Positions 1 to 14,869 of a stretch of DNA of 64,000 nt are shown here, one piece after another (the stretch's first letter is position 1; every line of letters starts with the position of its first letter). The notes beneath the pieces are model-generated. The model made no database searches, was not told where the DNA came from, and was given only the letters and a program-made list of their open reading frames with translations. The translations under genes and the position numbers were made by a program. Source of the DNA: Octopus sinensis (Eukaryota); contig NC_043008.1 of assembly GCF_006345805.1 (NCBI RefSeq), positions 7,936,001 through 8,000,000 of the forward strand. The letters run 5' to 3'.

Positions 1-394
1 ATATATATATATATCCATCATGCCTGTCTCGTGTGTAATCAAAACAATAGCTTCGAAAACAGTTTGAGAGAAGAATCGAAGATTAGTGCTTGATTTCATT
101 AAAACGTATTATCTTCTCAACCTTTAAAACAAATATGTTATTTCCTTGGACAAAAACGAGTATCTTCAAAATCCGCGTCAGGTATATTCTTATTTGCTAT
201 TCCTGTGATTAAGATAATGATGCGAAACAAGTTTGCTATGAATACTGGCATTATTTCCGTTGTATATCATTTACTTTCTTCCTGGGGTTAAACAATACAG
301 AAAATTGGTGAAGATGCTTTACTTCCCACTTTGGGAACAATCTGTTTCTTGCGTTCCTCTATTGGTCTTTGCACAACTGCACTAAATAGAAGAC

Positions 395-408
395 AACACA
401 CTCACACA

Positions 409-499
<91 letters not shown>
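395..499. repeat. Compound microsatellite (CA)n(TA)n
   Basis: Direct reading of the sequence. Confidence 0.95.
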
Positions 500-589
500 G
501 CTGAACTCGGAGACGGTTAATACAGAAATGGTTTGTTTATAGTGATCAAATTCTCGTGCCGCACGTTAGCTCACTCTCTCCATCAAATC

Positions 590-680
590 CACGTTGTCTG
601 AACACCCGGTCTAGGAAGTGAAACCAAGATCTCGCGATTGTCAGTCCAATCGCCAAACCTCTAGGCCATACACCTTCACA
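590..680 (-). mobile_element. Degenerate tRNA-derived SINE head (family C)
   Basis: Minus strand GTGAAGGTGTATGGCCTAGAGG...GGTTTCACTTCC has A-box/B-box-like spacing and resembles the heads at 21481 (+) and about 15170 (-). Confidence 0.5.
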
Positions 681-1577
681 ATATTTATGTATGTGTGTGT
701 GTGTCAACCAGTTATATTTGCCAAAAAATGCATAGGTTGATGTTTTTCTCCGTAGGAAAAGAAAGGAGGGAAAGAAAAACGTGTGTACAAATATATGGAA
801 CAAGAATCGATTGCAGAACTTATTCCAGCAACAAAACAGCAGAGGTTCTGAATGGCCAAGGCTGATTGAAGAATTCGATAAAAGAAAGTCTAATAAAAAT
901 CGCTAAGATAGCAAAAATAGAATGTGTGCAAAAGTGGACCACTTTCGTGGTAAGTGAGTGCAGTAAGCTAGCACAAAGCCGTATGAGAAGCAGGTCCCTT
1001 TGTGAGATAAGAGATAATGCATGGGATGTTAGCCAAATTGACGAAAAGGTTATATTGTTACATCTCTAAGAGGTTGTCTGAAAGAAAGATAATTACAGTA
1101 TTTTGAGAGATTTCTCTATTCAGCCTCTCAGAGGGAATTAATGTAATCGTAGTAAACAGAAATTGTAAACATAGTAAGATCATTTACTTCAGGCATTACT
1201 TTGCAAATCTTAATATAACAAATATAATTTTTATAAACCCTGGACTTCATACTGTCATATATTGTTTCTACCTGTTTATCCACTCATTTTTCTTTTTACT
1301 CTTTAAATCCCGCTCTCTCAATTCAGTGTTGATGTTTTAGCCACAGTTGAAAACCATTGTTAACTATGCACAAAAAATTCTCCATCGCTCAGAAAAAAAT
1401 GAAGTTCTACAGTGAGTTATATACTGCTACAACTAAGGTGTGTAAGCCGATCTTGGAGCATAAAGGTGATCTATAAGTAATGCTGGATTGCAGGAGATCT
1501 TCGGAGAGAATTATTAGAATCAAAATGAGAATCCACATTATAAATAAACGAAAAGAAGGAAGAATAATTACATATAT

Positions 1578-1785
1578 TGTTTGTGTGTCTGTGTTTGTCT
1601 CCGTAGCATTGCTTGACAACCGATGCTAGTGTGTTTACGGCACATAGCGGTTCGGCAAAAGAGACCAATAGAATAAGTACTGGGCTTACAAAGAATAAGT
1701 CCCGGGGTCGATTTGCTCGACTAAAGGCGGTGCTCCAGCATGGCCGCAGTCGAATGACTGAAACAAGTAAAAGACTAAAGAGAGT
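1578..1785 (+). mobile_element. SINE 3' half (family A)
   Basis: TAGCATTGCTTGACAACCGATGCT...GGTGCTCCAGCATGGCCGCAGTC...TGACTGAAACAAGTAAAAG matches the copies at 34190 (+) and 50391 (-). Confidence 0.9.
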
Positions 1786-4700
1786 ATATATAATAAAACT
1801 AATCTCTAAGTTAAATGTTGGGACGATATTTAAAGATAAATGCAAGAAAGTAATGCAATAGAAATAAAGTAATAAATAAATGAATGATAGAAACACTATA
1901 ACTCATCGAAAATACTTAGAAAAGCTGAAAAATATGTAGGAAAAATATTATAGGAAAAAATCACTTTACCAAGAAATTATGAATGTGCCACTATTATACG
2001 TTGAGGAACAGTGAAGAAGTTCAGATCGATACACAATTTTCTATGGTCCAGAAAATCTTTCTCTTAAACGTAGAAGCTGACGGTAGAAGAACAACAATGA
2101 GCGTATAAACGCATATGCAATGGAAATTACAAATCTCAATATTACTAGGATAATTCAACTTAGCTATAGTGTGTCTCAAGAAACAGAACTGTAAAGGGGA
2201 TATAGCATAAGATGTTCACGTTTAGAAATAACTAAACCCAACGATATAACATGTGAAGATCAATATGAAATAAATATGTAACATGCACAAGCACACGCAC
2301 ACATGTGTACACATACCTAAACGTAGAAAACAAAGAGAATTACCCACTGAATTTCAAATCGCAATGAAAGCATAACTGAAACAAAAAAGAAAATAAACGG
2401 AAGCTACGCACAAATAGACAAATTAAATTAATGCACCAACGGCATTATAGGTAAATTTATGCGTAGATTATTTATATTCTATAAAATATATACACGCTTA
2501 AACTCAGACGAAATCCTAAATCAAAGGTGAATCAGTTCAAGAAAAGACACATTAAAAAATATACCTGTGAGCTTTGAGAAATGTCAAACGCAAAATCCTG
2601 TCTTATATATATATGGAACAAGCATTTGCTTTATATTCATTGGTTTACAAAAGAAAAGTATAATAAACAGATAAAAAGAATAATGAATATTTTTTTTTAA
2701 TGTGCAATGTAATTCCGTGACCTTCATTTTAAACTGGGAAGCAGGGGGGACATAACAAATATTACAGACTTGCCTTTAGTTTCTCCAACTATAAATATTG
2801 TTTCGAAATATAAATCCATTCCCCAAAGCACAAGAAAATATTCTTCTTGGAATACCAAAGATACGAATGAATTGAATAATCACAGGTGATGTAATACATT
2901 ATTGAAGAGTTTTTACAGAACAAAGTAGAATCGAAGCCTAAAGCAATGTAGGGCTAAATAGCCAGCAATTTCGGCAAATATACCTCTTAAATATAGAAAA
3001 CGTTTTTATCGATGTGTAGATTTGTGACACAAAATCTAATTATATTCAAGAAAGAAATATCGCAATAGAACACTAACATATGGCGATTAACAAGGTGGAC
3101 GGGGCCGTCTATAACTAGAAACATAAAATAAACTCTCCACAGTTACCAAAAATGACGAAATATTCCAATAAACAACAACGGAAATCTAATAGAAACATTT
3201 ACATAACATAGATAAAACATTTCCTCTCTTCGAAAGATCAACCTTATAAGATGGAGATTGAGTAGTGAAAATACGGTAGAAAAACAGAATGAAAATACGG
3301 ACTGTTCCAAAGCTAAATCTAAATAAAATTCACTGAACGCCATGTTAAAAAATGACACTAAATTTACAGTGCACTTCCTATGTAACACGGAATACATATA
3401 GCCATCACAGATAACACAAAAGCACATGTGAAATTGAAAAATCACTTATAGAATATTAAAAACACTTTCACTGCCAATCGGTGGAAGGCTTAAAACTACT
3501 ATAAACAATAACATATTCAACTTGACAAAAGTAGGGAGAATTTCAACCGTGTTTCGTAGTCTGCTACCACAAGAGCTCCTTTATAGGATCTAGTTAGGCT
3601 TAAGACATCATCAGGAGGAACTACGTCCGGTTTCGGCCCCTACTCCTCTACCGTTCCGACGTGGCGCCTCCCCCACCTATCGGAGGTGTCTTCAGCTCTG
3701 GTGTTGGGTTCATGTCTTCTTCTTTCTTCTTTTCCTTGGCCTCTTCGATGTAGCGATGTAGCGTAAAGTTTCATATTACAGGCAAACGTAGGGAGGTAAA
3801 GAAGTGAAAATATCAAGTAAAGACAAAATGTAAAGATGCGGAAGAAATCATTAAGTGCAATGTTTCCGCATAGGCAGAGCACAATATATTTGATAATGGT
3901 ATCTTTCATACGCTGCTATTAGACTAGCATTAAGAAATGCAAATAGAACAGGTGTTACACCCCAGAAAATATATTAGAGAAACCGCTGCACCATAGCTAT
4001 CACTACACGCAAAGAGGGAGAACAAGGCAATTGTCCGTCGAGAACAAACAGAAAAGGGAGTACCTCGTAAATGACTGCGAGTATAACACTCAATGTAATG
4101 GAGAAATTATTCACAAATAGAAATCTGGAAATAAAGATAACCTGAATGTTGGTACAGGAAACAGCAATAAACCGTAAAATATTGATAGCTTAGAAATGAT
4201 GAAAATGAATTTCTGTGAACAATATATATTTAACAAGAAATGAGAAGCAGCGTATTATGCACAACCTAAATAAAACGGCATAACTATGTCTCGCATTTAC
4301 TCAGCAAAAAAAGTTGTTTGTTTGGGAAACTCCGAGACCAGGACAGAGAGATATTTTCTTGTGCATGTATATGTTGTGCGTGTGTGTGTGTGTGTGTGCA
4401 CTCATGCGTGCGTTTTTGTTTGGCAAAGAGCTGGAGGAGGGGTAGGGGCAGACTATCGAGAGTGCTGGCTTGGATTATCCCTGAATGGCGATTATTTTGT
4501 CGGTTTGTACGTATTATTTGTCACATTAGTTTATTACTGCTAAATGATTTGATATTTGTTCTTTCATTGGTAATGTTACTCCTGTGCCTACAAATTCTGC
4601 TGAGTTTTATGTGTTGCTATTCTTTCTGTTGGGAGGAATAATGACCAGTTTGGGTCCGTCTTCGCTAGTCACATACTAGCTCTCATTTATGTTGCTGGCT

Positions 4701-4960
4701 GTGGACTTTAGACTCATAGAAGTAAGATATAAGGTTTTCAAATCAAAATTCGAAATACTTTCCAATCTAGTTGAGCAGCTAAAGTGCGTGAAGCAAGGCC
4801 CAGCAATCCAGTTTGGTTCTCGTTAACTTAAACATACTTATATCACAAACTTTTAACACGTCACATGAACTTATCGAACTGTACGACTAACAAACTTACT
4901 AGTGACTACAAGCTACTAGTAGCTTTCATTGCAACAAAAATAGCTATCATAATAATACAT

Positions 4961-5173
4961 TCTACTATAAACACAAGGACTGGATTTTTTGGTGGGGAGG
5001 TGCAAAACTGTTAGATATAACCCAGTGTTCAACGGGTGCGTATTTTATAGGTCCTCAAAGGATTAAAGGCAAAGTCAACATCAGAGGGATTTGAACATAG
5101 AGGGCAAAACCGGAAGAAAAGCCGCTCAGCATTTTTTCTTTTGTGCTTATGATTCTGCTAGTTCGTCGCCTTC
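4961..5173 (-). mobile_element. Degenerate tRNA-derived SINE (family B)
   Basis: Contains AAAGGATTAAAGGCAAAGTCAAC...GGGATTTGAAC (reverse B-box region), homologous to 23201, 40138 and 52651. Confidence 0.75.
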
Positions 5174-5175
5174 AT

Positions 5176-5192
5176 AGTAGTAGTAGTAGTAT

Positions 5193-5243
<51 letters not shown>

Positions 5244-5340
5244 CAGTAGTTGTTGTTGTTTTTGTTGTGGGAGGAGGAGGACGAGGAGGAGGAGGAAGAG
5301 GGGAGGGGAGGGTGAGGATGAAGACGAGGAGGATTAATAA
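5176..5340. repeat. (TAG)n, (TTG)n and (GGA)n trinucleotide tracts
   Basis: Direct reading; explains the poly-S and poly-T ORFs 5143..5337 and 5158..5364. Confidence 0.95.
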
Positions 5341-5910
5341 CAACAACCACAACAAACATAACAATCATAGTAGTATTAGCATATAAGCATTTTTGGAATT
5401 GCGTTATTTGTATAGGTTCACATGTTTAAGAATTCTAGTTAATCCACAGAAAATATTAAAAAAAAAACAACCGAAAAAAGTCTTCGTGTATGGGGAAATC
5501 TTAATGGCCTGTCCAAGAATCTCACTGGTGTTTACGCACTTTATGGAGAATGCCTGTATCGCATTCTCCTTCTAGAATTAGCTTTAAAATACATTTTATG
5601 GAGAATCTAGAGACCGTGCAACCAATAGACGAATTCCTATGAACAACAATAAGAAGAGACTAGCGAAAGAAAAGAGTGTTTCTTCCATTGCGAATGTTTC
5701 ATTTCCTTAAATTGATACTAACTTTTCGGAAACTGCATTAATATTATTACTGCATTGCGTATTATATATATATTTTTTGTGCGTTCACATATACTCGACC
5801 TCCATGTGACTTCGTTTCAGAATACATTTAGAGATTCAGAATTGTTGTCTTAGCAATTTTCAACGTATCCTAGCAACTAATGGAACACAAACACACACAC
5901 AGACACAATA

Positions 5911-5914
<4 letters not shown>

Positions 5915-5995
<81 letters not shown>

Positions 5996-6046
5996 CATAT
6001 ATACATATATACATATCTACATATATATATATATATACATATATAA

Positions 6047-6091
<45 letters not shown>

Positions 6092-6099
6092 ATATATAT

Positions 6100-6135
<36 letters not shown>

Positions 6136-6162
6136 AATATATACATATATACCTATATAAAT

Positions 6163-6204
<42 letters not shown>

Positions 6205-6220
6205 TATATATATATATATA
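5915..6220. repeat. Long interrupted (AT)n/(CA)n microsatellite
   Basis: Direct reading; source of the YI-repeat ORFs. Confidence 0.95.
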
Positions 6221-8368
6221 ATTTGAAGAGATTAATCGCTGTATTATGTGTAATGAAATGATACAAGTTGACAGTGTACAAACTTAAATTTTCAGATGGA
6301 TGACGTACTCTAATCGACACATTGAAGTAGGGGTTGCAACATAAATGGATTTAAATATTTCAGAATATCAGACTATGCGTACATTATGAAAAACATATTA
6401 ATGTGAAACTTTAGGAAAATCTGTACGAATAAAGAATAACGGTCCGTATGTGTATGTTGATATATATAACTGTACACACATAAACACGTATACATACCCT
6501 CACACATATTTATCGACACTCAGGTAAACACGCACAAACACACACACACACGCGTATAATGAAATTAAGAACATATTTTTGTAAAGAATATATTTAGCAA
6601 ACAGAACGGGGAATTGTAAAAGCACTCTAAGTTCATTAATATACACCAAGCACAGTATATCAGTATATTTTAGGGATAAAATTATTCATGTTAATAGATG
6701 GATTAATGCACTCGGTGCTTATGCCATTATCCGTAAATAAAATACAGAACACAGCTTTACATAGATGACAACGTATAGTCACTATATGTGGCAGAAATTG
6801 TAACTAAATGTCATCACACGTTAATGTTCTCTGAAGGAGAGGTTAATACTAAACCACTTTTTTGTATATTGCAAATGTGTTTACCGTTAGACAGATTAAA
6901 TAAAACTGAAAATATCCATAATTATAACAAATTTCAGGATGTGACCGTTTGATTAAAATTAAAATTTGTAGTCAGCAAAGCAAGATGCGTTATGTAAATG
7001 TGAGGAACATAAAGATCAACATTTCTCTTTATTCTGGAGGTATTCAAAAACTTTCATAAGTAATGAATCCAATGTTTCTACGTCGTAGGCATGTGTGCAA
7101 CTTTACTTACAATGATTTAGCTGTTTCGCGATCTGTAAGTTTATGTTGAACACGTGTGTGTATGTGCACAAGAAATCTAGACTAAAGTAAACAAACTCAG
7201 GTTTACGTAAGTTTTCTGCCCTCGATAACAATTTTACGGACTCTGAAATTTATTTCTGTCTCAATCTGGATGGGCACCACTCAGGAAATGGAGATAAGCC
7301 TAGTGCCAGTGACGATATTAGGTTGAAGAATGTACCACTCAGCTATGTTCTTGTTCCTTAAAGTCTCGCAGATTTTCCAGGGTAAGACTGATGCAGATTT
7401 TCTTTTTATGAGTGAGAGGTTATTTTGCATTGTGACTGTAGATGTGTATTTACTCTATTCTTTCTGTAGAATTGACGTTTACATTATTCCTCGCATGGCA
7501 ATAATATATATCATAAGGGTGAAGGACGGGGGATAGATCTCCAGTTAATTGTTATTAAAATTAAAAGAAAGAATGAATTGGAATCTCCACACCCTAACAA
7601 CAAAATTTTTGCTACTCGCATATGAAAAAGAAACACTCATTCACATACTCAACATTTGTAAAATGCATATTTTATATGTACACATATACTTTCAAAAACG
7701 TGTTTGTGTGCTTGAAGTGACAAATGTCGAGAATCGTTAACGTGTCAGCTGTAATAAATTGCGGTAGTTACATATTCCACAGGCATATAATTTACTTTTG
7801 TGTCTATCATTAAGGAGTGATTAATAACGCATAATGGAAATTCTGAATCATTTGTTTGGATTCTCATCTTTCTGTGTATCTGATATTGTAATTGTCTGTC
7901 ATCTCTGTCTTTCTATCAGAATCCACTGTTTCGTGCTATATGAGCAGTGTGGGGAGGGGCACTACAACATTTGTCTTTACAGGAAGTGAAAAGCATTCGT
8001 GCAACTTAACAAACCAATTACCTTGGGAAAAATAGCTGTTGCACTGAAACTGTTCCAGGACATCCCGATGATGTACAATGAAGAGAGGTATGGAGGTTAA
8101 GAAAGATTATTGTATGAGAATGAATAGGCAAGTAATGTAAACCATCTGACCAAAATGTTATATTTCAATTACAGAATTTACGTTTATCAATAAAGTCATT
8201 TTCAAAACAGTAAATTTTGCGCCAAAATAAGGGTTTTACGAAGCTTCTTAAGCTGTGTATTTTAATATGATATTAAACTAAGTCTGACAACTTTTCGCTG
8301 ATCGACATAATCTTGTTTATAATAATCTGTTTATAATATTGGACAGTTTTCATTTCCCGGTGTCTAAA

Positions 8369-8387
8369 TATATATATATATACTACA

Positions 8388-8423
<36 letters not shown>

Positions 8424-8462
8424 TATATATTATATATATATTATATATATATATACATACAT

Positions 8463-8509
<47 letters not shown>

Positions 8510-8560
8510 CATACATACATACATATATATATATAGACATATATATATATATATATATAT

Positions 8561-8603
<43 letters not shown>
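8369..8603. repeat. Compound (AT)n/(TACA)n/(CA)n microsatellite
   Basis: Direct reading. Confidence 0.95.
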
Positions 8604-8607
<4 letters not shown>

Positions 8608-10626
8608 TGTATATGTATTTTATCAGCGATAAATATTTATGTGAGCAACGTAGAAAACTGCAGTTATTACTAGTTAAAAGTAATGCAATATATGCTTAGT
8701 TGGGGCATAAGAATATATGTTCCTTTTAAAGAATAACGATGTGTTTATGTTGATGACTTTTATAACACTTCACAGTATTTCCCTCTTCACTGATCCGGCA
8801 TTATTATGAATTGGTATAAAATCAAACTATTGATGAATATCCTGGCTCTCAAAACGATAGAAAACTATTGTTTGGTAATGCAATTGTTTAAAGGTAAAAT
8901 TATATACATACTCTATGTGCAATGAAGCACGAAGTTGAATTGAATATCTGCCAGTCAATTCCACACAATTATTAATATCTTCTTGTATTGAAACTTACCT
9001 CAATAAATATAAATGAAAACGAAAGGGTATCCGAACATTGATACAATTCAAATTGGCTTTAGAAAGGTATAACGAAACTCCTTTATGGCTTCCAGAAAAA
9101 CAGATTGTTTAAATATAATCTCTGCAATTTATGAAAGCCTTTATACATACCGAGCGAATTGCAACTTTCCTCAGTGTTATAAACATGACTATGTAATACA
9201 GCCAGGGAGATAAAATTCATATCGGTATTGGCAACAGTTTCTCCAACAGAACAAAATATTTTGCCCGTGTAATTCGGTTAACTAGTAATAACTATTTATA
9301 GTCTCCACTGTATTTTTTCCATTTAAAGTGTATACTTGCTAAAAAAAGAATAAATATGTCGTAGTTGGAAGTGGTCCTGGTAGAGAATCCCTCCACGCTT
9401 TGCTTTAAACTATATATAAGAAAGGTCAAATACAGCGGATAACTTAAAACAGAGATTCGATTTTGTTATATTGCCACTTACTAAAACTCAATTACTTCCC
9501 TTCGTTCAGTGTTACCTATTCAACAATAAAAGTACTGTTTTTCAGTCAATAAAATTCAAGCAGCTGGTTAGTCATGCTAGAAACATCACAAAAGTCACCC
9601 TTGAATAGAATTCTATTGAAGTAAGAGACAAAAGGAGAAAAATAAGGAACGAATCTTTGGATAATATACCAATGTTTTCAACCCGACAGAAAAAGCCAGA
9701 ATGTTCGTACCTTAAGGTCATTGATGGTAGGTGAACTTGATATAATCCGACCGATAAAAGAAACTACATAGAACCTATTTGTTCCACTTGATATACTAAA
9801 TAAGGGTTCATAGACTTAAAATAAATGTAAATTTAAATCTCCTTTGAATCGCAACTTATATAGTGAAAACTTATAAGGTTGTATTAGTGAAACTGAACAT
9901 TTATATTAGTAAATCATGGGCTGGCATTGTTTGATTCCCTCTGGTAAGTAAAATGTGGCTTTGAAGAGGAGGAAGCATCATAAAAAATAGGATATATTTT
10001 AGCTGGATATCAGATTCAAAACAAATACATCTCCGGATGCCATTTTCGAAACTACAGCCGTGTATATACGAAGAGGTCACACGCATCAATCCTAAAGTTT
10101 TCCATAATCAAAGACTTAATACTGAAAACATAGCAATAAAGAAAGCATTGAAGTTTTATATAATTCAATATATTGGTCTGTTTATAATATATATTGTCTG
10201 ATATTTTGATTTTAAACTAATAGTTGAGAGTTTTCTCAGTTATATAATATAATGGCAAATAAAGAAAAATATTTGCAAAGATTAACGCACATATGCTTAT
10301 AAATCTTCCGTAAAAAACAAAACATACTGTATATATTACCATACGTATCGAATATTTGGCTTATATATTGAAGAATTGTAAAGTAAATGTTATGTAAAGA
10401 CATTATTTGTGTAAAAATTAAATTGAAAATACGTTAAGGATATATTTTTCTTGCTCTATTAAGCGCAGAAACAACAAAAAATTAATCGTCTGTGTTTCAA
10501 AGTAATTTACAAACAGAATTACATAAAATTCAAATTCTAAAAGCAATACACACGTATTTGTACATTAATACAAATGTGTGCATATAATTACAAGGATGTG
10601 TGAATGAGCGTGTGTGACAGTGTCTG

Positions 10627-10661
<35 letters not shown>

Positions 10662-10852
10662 GTCTCTCTCTCTCTTTTCTCAATACAAATATTTACAGTT
10701 CACGGAAAGGTAATGCCAATGCCACTAATGATTATTTGTTCTTTTGACTTATTATTAACTCATATGTCTTCCATTCAGTATACATGTATTCATATTCAGC
10801 ATCACGTAAGCTTTGTGCTTCATTATATAGCTTATCTATGTACTAGATTTAC

Positions 10853-11778
10853 TTAAATACTTTTAAACGTGTGACCTATCTAAATTTCAAAGCAAACAAA
10901 ACGGTTAACCCTGCGTAGGTGGATGAAGTTTAGGTCAATAACACTGATCAATTGAATAATGCTTTAAGAGGGAGAGTCTGTAGATTATGTTGGCGTACTC
11001 ACAAAAAGTAAACAAGAGCTAGCATGCATAAATTTTGGATGAGAAGTATCGCTAAAATAGCAAGTGCCTTGTATGTTGAAACTTATCATGTCTAAAATAT
11101 GTCAGCAAAAGTCAGCTCAGCGTTACACTATTACTTTGTTAACACTTTGCAACCAAAGCTATTTGTATTTTGCTCCATAAAGTTAGATACCAACGGAGAG
11201 CTGCAATCGCTAAACTCGTAACCCATCAGCGTCAATAAGCGGAAACATTGCGTTCCAGACGATCAGAAACATTCAATGGTAAATTGAAGAAACTGTTATT
11301 TTCTCTAATGTCTCATCTTTAACAAATTTTCTACACCAGAGTTAGTATATGTCTGGATATAACCAACAGAAATCTTTGCTACTGGCAGTTTCGTCCATAC
11401 TGTGAAATGTAGGACTGAATTTGTGAGGATTTGGGCAGCCATTTGGATAGACTCATTACACATATTACAAACAACGCAGTGTTTATGCCAAGTAATATCG
11501 TATTATCTCTTGTATGGTTTAGTCTTGCCAGACAGCAACACACCTTTCTATATGGCTTAATTGGATTTAAAATCGGTACGAAGCTCTCGTAGGAATACTA
11601 TTTACCTAATCTGAGTATAATTAAACAGTTATAGTGCATATTGGGACCACAAACGAAGACCTACATCCATCCGTTATCGTCGACGAAATAATGCTCCACA
11701 TTGCCCCAACAAGCATTCAGAAGCTTACAAATTGCAACTGTAAAGAAATTTAGGCTGTTAGTTAAGTTGGACCAAATT
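10853..11778 (-). pseudogene. Possible decayed intronless class A (rhodopsin-type, peptide-receptor-like) GPCR, TM2 to TM7
   Basis: Manual minus-strand translation across stops and frameshifts gives, in the correct order: NSLNFFTVAIC (TM2-like, about 11727-11760), IERCVAVW (E/DRY-type motif, 11528-11551), LGINTALFVICVMSL (TM4-like), KILCMLALVYFL (TM6-like) and VNRFVCF...GHTFK (TM7/helix 8-like, about 10860-10910). Confidence 0.4.
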
Positions 11779-14700
11779 CATATTAAGTTTTTTAAAAGTA
11801 CATTTAAAAAATTACATAGTTTATAGTGACAAGTATGTGTATACACACACACACTTACAAGCACACACAAATATATATGTATATACATATATGTGTGTGT
11901 TTAAAATAGACTAATCACTAAAGAAAACCATGCTTACCTAGAAATGTGTGTCTAATATATAATATGTTTATATAACTATTTTGTTTTCTTTTGAGAGAGT
12001 ATAATTGTAATTTTTCTCAGTTACGCTTGATCAAATTTTCATTTTCGTATATTACCAATTCACTTACTGAATATGTTTTACTTCATCTTCTTTTTAAAAT
12101 TATTCGGTGACAACAACAAGTATAAGCACTAGGGGCCTTGTTTTCGTGTGAATATATAGTTACAGTGATTCGGATGTTATTCGAAGTAATGAAATGGCCA
12201 TGTGTCCCACAACATTGCGTTTGTCAAAAGACTTCTTTTAAAGGGGAGTTTAATTTTTTTATTTAAGATCCTGTATTAATAAACACAGGGACACATATCA
12301 CATTTTGTATCATTTATACCTAAATAATCATTCTTTAAACTAAACGTTACTTGCGGAACCAAATCTAAATCAAATTCTTTCGGTCTGTGTTTGCTTCCAT
12401 AGACTAAACAACTGCAACGGAAACTTCGCTGCTGAATCAAGTTACCCACAACAGGAATAATCAATTTCGAATGCGTTAACTGTCACCGGGGTGTAAGATG
12501 TGCGTTATTTCCAAATTAATTAAACTTATAATCTAATACTGAATCCACCCTTTCATTATGGAAGTCAAATATACAAAGATGCCTGAAAATAATAGGTTTT
12601 GTTCTTTTAAGAAGAATGCATAATATGTAGACGGTAAAATGAGTTAATGGTAAAGTGGATGTATGTAGAGGTTATGACAGAGTGAAACCTGATGATTAGG
12701 CAATAATTCCCAAAACCAAGTAAAGAATATTTCAATGTCCAAATTCATTTGTTTTATTATAAGAATAAACACACACTCTCACAAACACACAAACACACAG
12801 ACACATATTCACGCACTTAGATGCACACGTACTTATCATTATGCACACATACAATTACATAGATACACAAAAGGAGCCACGCGCATATTTAAGAAATCAT
12901 ATGTGTATAAATACACTTAAGCACGAAATAGGGAGTAATGAAAGAGTCAACAACTGACGAAGAGTTATCTTCTTTTGGTGTTTTGCTCTGTACATATCTC
13001 TCGTCTGTTTACGTATTTTTCACTTGTTGATGATTTTCTGCACTTAATGTGTATTTAACACACACTCGCACACACAGATACGCAAATACATATATATATA
13101 CACGCGCGCATGTATGCGTGAATGTGTGTGTGTATTTATGTGTTTGTGTTTGTGCGCGTATGTATTTCTGTATATACGTGTGCGAGTGCTGGTGTGCCAT
13201 TGCAATCTGTCGATGTAATACTTATGGATTTACATCACGCAACACATCTTTGTATGTACCTGGAATTAATATACAACACCTGAGACTAATCAATTTGCAA
13301 ACACCATGTCTTACTTGCATAGGAAATACATATCGTAAAACTTGCATAACACACACTTTCTCATTTTATTTTATGCTAGGAAATTACTAAGGTTCTAATA
13401 TATTACATACTTTACATGTCTCATAATTGTTTTATATCTGTTATGTTATATTGTAACATATTAATACAAGAATAAAATCACTGGTATTCATCTATTTGCA
13501 GTCACATTATTTTCATTTTAATATATATTTTGTTTGAATGAATAACACATCCTGATATAATATTGAGAATGTCATCTGAGAAGATGAGCGATATGTCGCA
13601 GTAGAATATTCTTCTATAGTATACTAATACGCCTGATTGTTTCATTTGTTCAATCATGTTACATTATTTTTAAAAGGTTGCTATAAATAGTTGCCGTCTC
13701 CATAAAAATTACTAAACAATCATAAATTTACGTTTCCTCTATTTTCAAAAGATAATTTTACAAAAGAAATCATGTCAAATTTAAGATTAAATGCCAGGTA
13801 CTTTATGGTAAGATATAATATGCGTGAGAGTCTGCTTATTTCAAGGATGTATATAACGAGTTCTAGCAGAAGTAGTAAATCAGCATTAAATGTCCGCCGA
13901 TAGAAACCTCAAAATATTTATATTGCTAGTTGTTTTGCACATGAGAGATAAGGCATATCGTATCGTAAAATTTGTAATTTAGATTTATTAAAATTCAAAA
14001 CTTGGCAACAGAAACCATAAAGCTTTTGAAATGAAAAACTAACGACTTGATGTTGGATCTGATTATTTTCAAATAAATCATATGTATATAATCGTATTCG
14101 ACTCACAAAGTTTCATTTTAACGCCTTCTGTTATTTTCTAATTGCATCGAAGCATATAAAATTATAATTCTGTGCCAGTTAAAAGCAATTGTAGCTAGAC
14201 ATACTTAATATAAAAGAAGAAAGTAAATCGTAAAATCTCTTTCCACAAATTACTGGATATTAAGATATCTAAACTTATAGCAAATGAAAATAAATGTAAC
14301 AGATTCCTGGAAGGGTAGTATATAACATATTATGTGTAATGCTCACACTTTCGACTTTCTATCTTGGCTTATCTATTTGAATAATAGCCTTAAGTATTTA
14401 CATATAAATAAAAAGATAAATTAAAATATCTTATACATCATCATTATGTATTCTGTATGCGTAAATTGCATTCTCCTGTCTACATATTTTGAATAAATTT
14501 AAACATTAATTGAAATGAAGAACAAAAATAAAACGAATACTGTATTGGAAAACTGTTTTAATATTATAGATCTAAGTCGATCCAAAATAATGTTAATGAA
14601 ATTCTGATGACAGAAACTGAGGAATTTCTATTGAAGAAACCTAACTCTAACATTAATGCACATACAAGCAATGGCACTAAAATGCTAAAGTGTTTCCATA

Positions 14701-14869
14701 ATTTTTTTTTGTTTTTACATATAACTCTATATTTAATTTGCATTTTCTCTCGTAAACTTATCTTGACAAAGACATTTCCTTGGTTGTCGTATTCAATACA
14801 CTTTGAATTACAACTGAATTCCTTAGAGTATATTAAAAAATATTAACTGGGTAAAAACATACTTCGGTG

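Noticed and set aside
7285-7381. Exon-like segment ending CAGG|GTAAGA
   Set aside because: Stops in all three frames and only a weak acceptor.
12685-12725. CTGATGA followed by TTAGG...CCCAAAAC
   Set aside because: The GAAA half is mutated and there is no stem I pairing.
12951-12975. CTGACGA AGAG TTAT CTTC
   Set aside because: No GAAAC or cleavage triplet follows.
14600-14625. CTGATGA CA GAAAC
   Set aside because: No room for stem II; expected by chance in AT-rich DNA.
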